From Candidatus Pullichristensenella sp. (GTDB taxonomy: Bacteria; Bacillota; Clostridia; Christensenellales; Aristaeellaceae), in assembly GCA_040772885.1 (NCBI GenBank), contig JAXGXF010000003.1, positions 190,373 to 254,372 on the forward strand: 64,000 nt of DNA, given 5' to 3'. Positions 63,932-64,000 of the stretch are shown one piece after another; the stretch's first letter is position 1; each line of letters starts with the position of its first letter. Made by a program: the position numbers and the translations under genes. The notes under the pieces were generated by a model. That model ran no database searches. It was not told the origin of the DNA and worked only from the letters and a program-made list of their open reading frames with translations.

Positions 63932-63960
63932 TTGACTTTGCGGGCGGCATTCCTTATAAT
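63932..63960 (+). promoter_or_regulatory. sigma-A promoter near the window end
   Basis: TTGACT, a 17-nt spacer, then TATAAT. The gene it serves lies beyond the window. Confidence 0.5.
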
Positions 63961-64000
63961 CTGCATATGGGTTTTTATACATCCTATGGATTCGATTAAA

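Overview
This is a GC-rich Bacillota (Clostridia-like) chromosome segment that spans the replication-origin neighbourhood. On the minus strand at the left are dnaA-dnaN-mnmE and a window-truncated MotA/ExbB-like gene. A candidate oriC with DnaA boxes lies at about 5.68-6.0 kb. To the right come ftsK-rimO-pgsA, an envelope-glycan module (UPF0489-like, GT2-GtrA fusion, phosphodiester glycosidase, O-acyltransferase), gyrB-gyrA, ackA-pta and tadA. Next are an uncharacterised four-gene operon (Zn-ribbon membrane protein, DUF5685-like, J-domain/TPR/Cys-string protein, HD hydrolase) and a divergent RsfA-like/MreB-like pair. Then follow an rpiB-polysaccharide operon, rpoB-rpoC, L7Ae-like-rpsL-rpsG-fusA-tuf, mnmM, an mgl-type sugar ABC transporter, a liv-type amino-acid ABC transporter, putP, a polysaccharide deacetylase, an ECF sigma/anti-sigma pair and an RGP-like GT-A protein. 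I recognised no rRNA, tRNA, CRISPR array, transposase, integrase or prophage genes. Many of the longest ORFs in the track (for example 33123..37127-, 42409..45963-, 15454..17958+) are stop-poor antisense shadows of conserved genes and were discarded. The items most worth follow-up are the coupled DUF5685-like/J-protein operon at 24.4-27.0 kb, the ZorA-like MotA-coiled-coil gene cut by the left edge, a 51-bp perfect direct repeat in the unusually long spacer upstream of rpsL, and an abrupt codon-usage change at the fusA|tuf boundary. All product calls come from reading the translations and from recalled family signatures. No database search was run.
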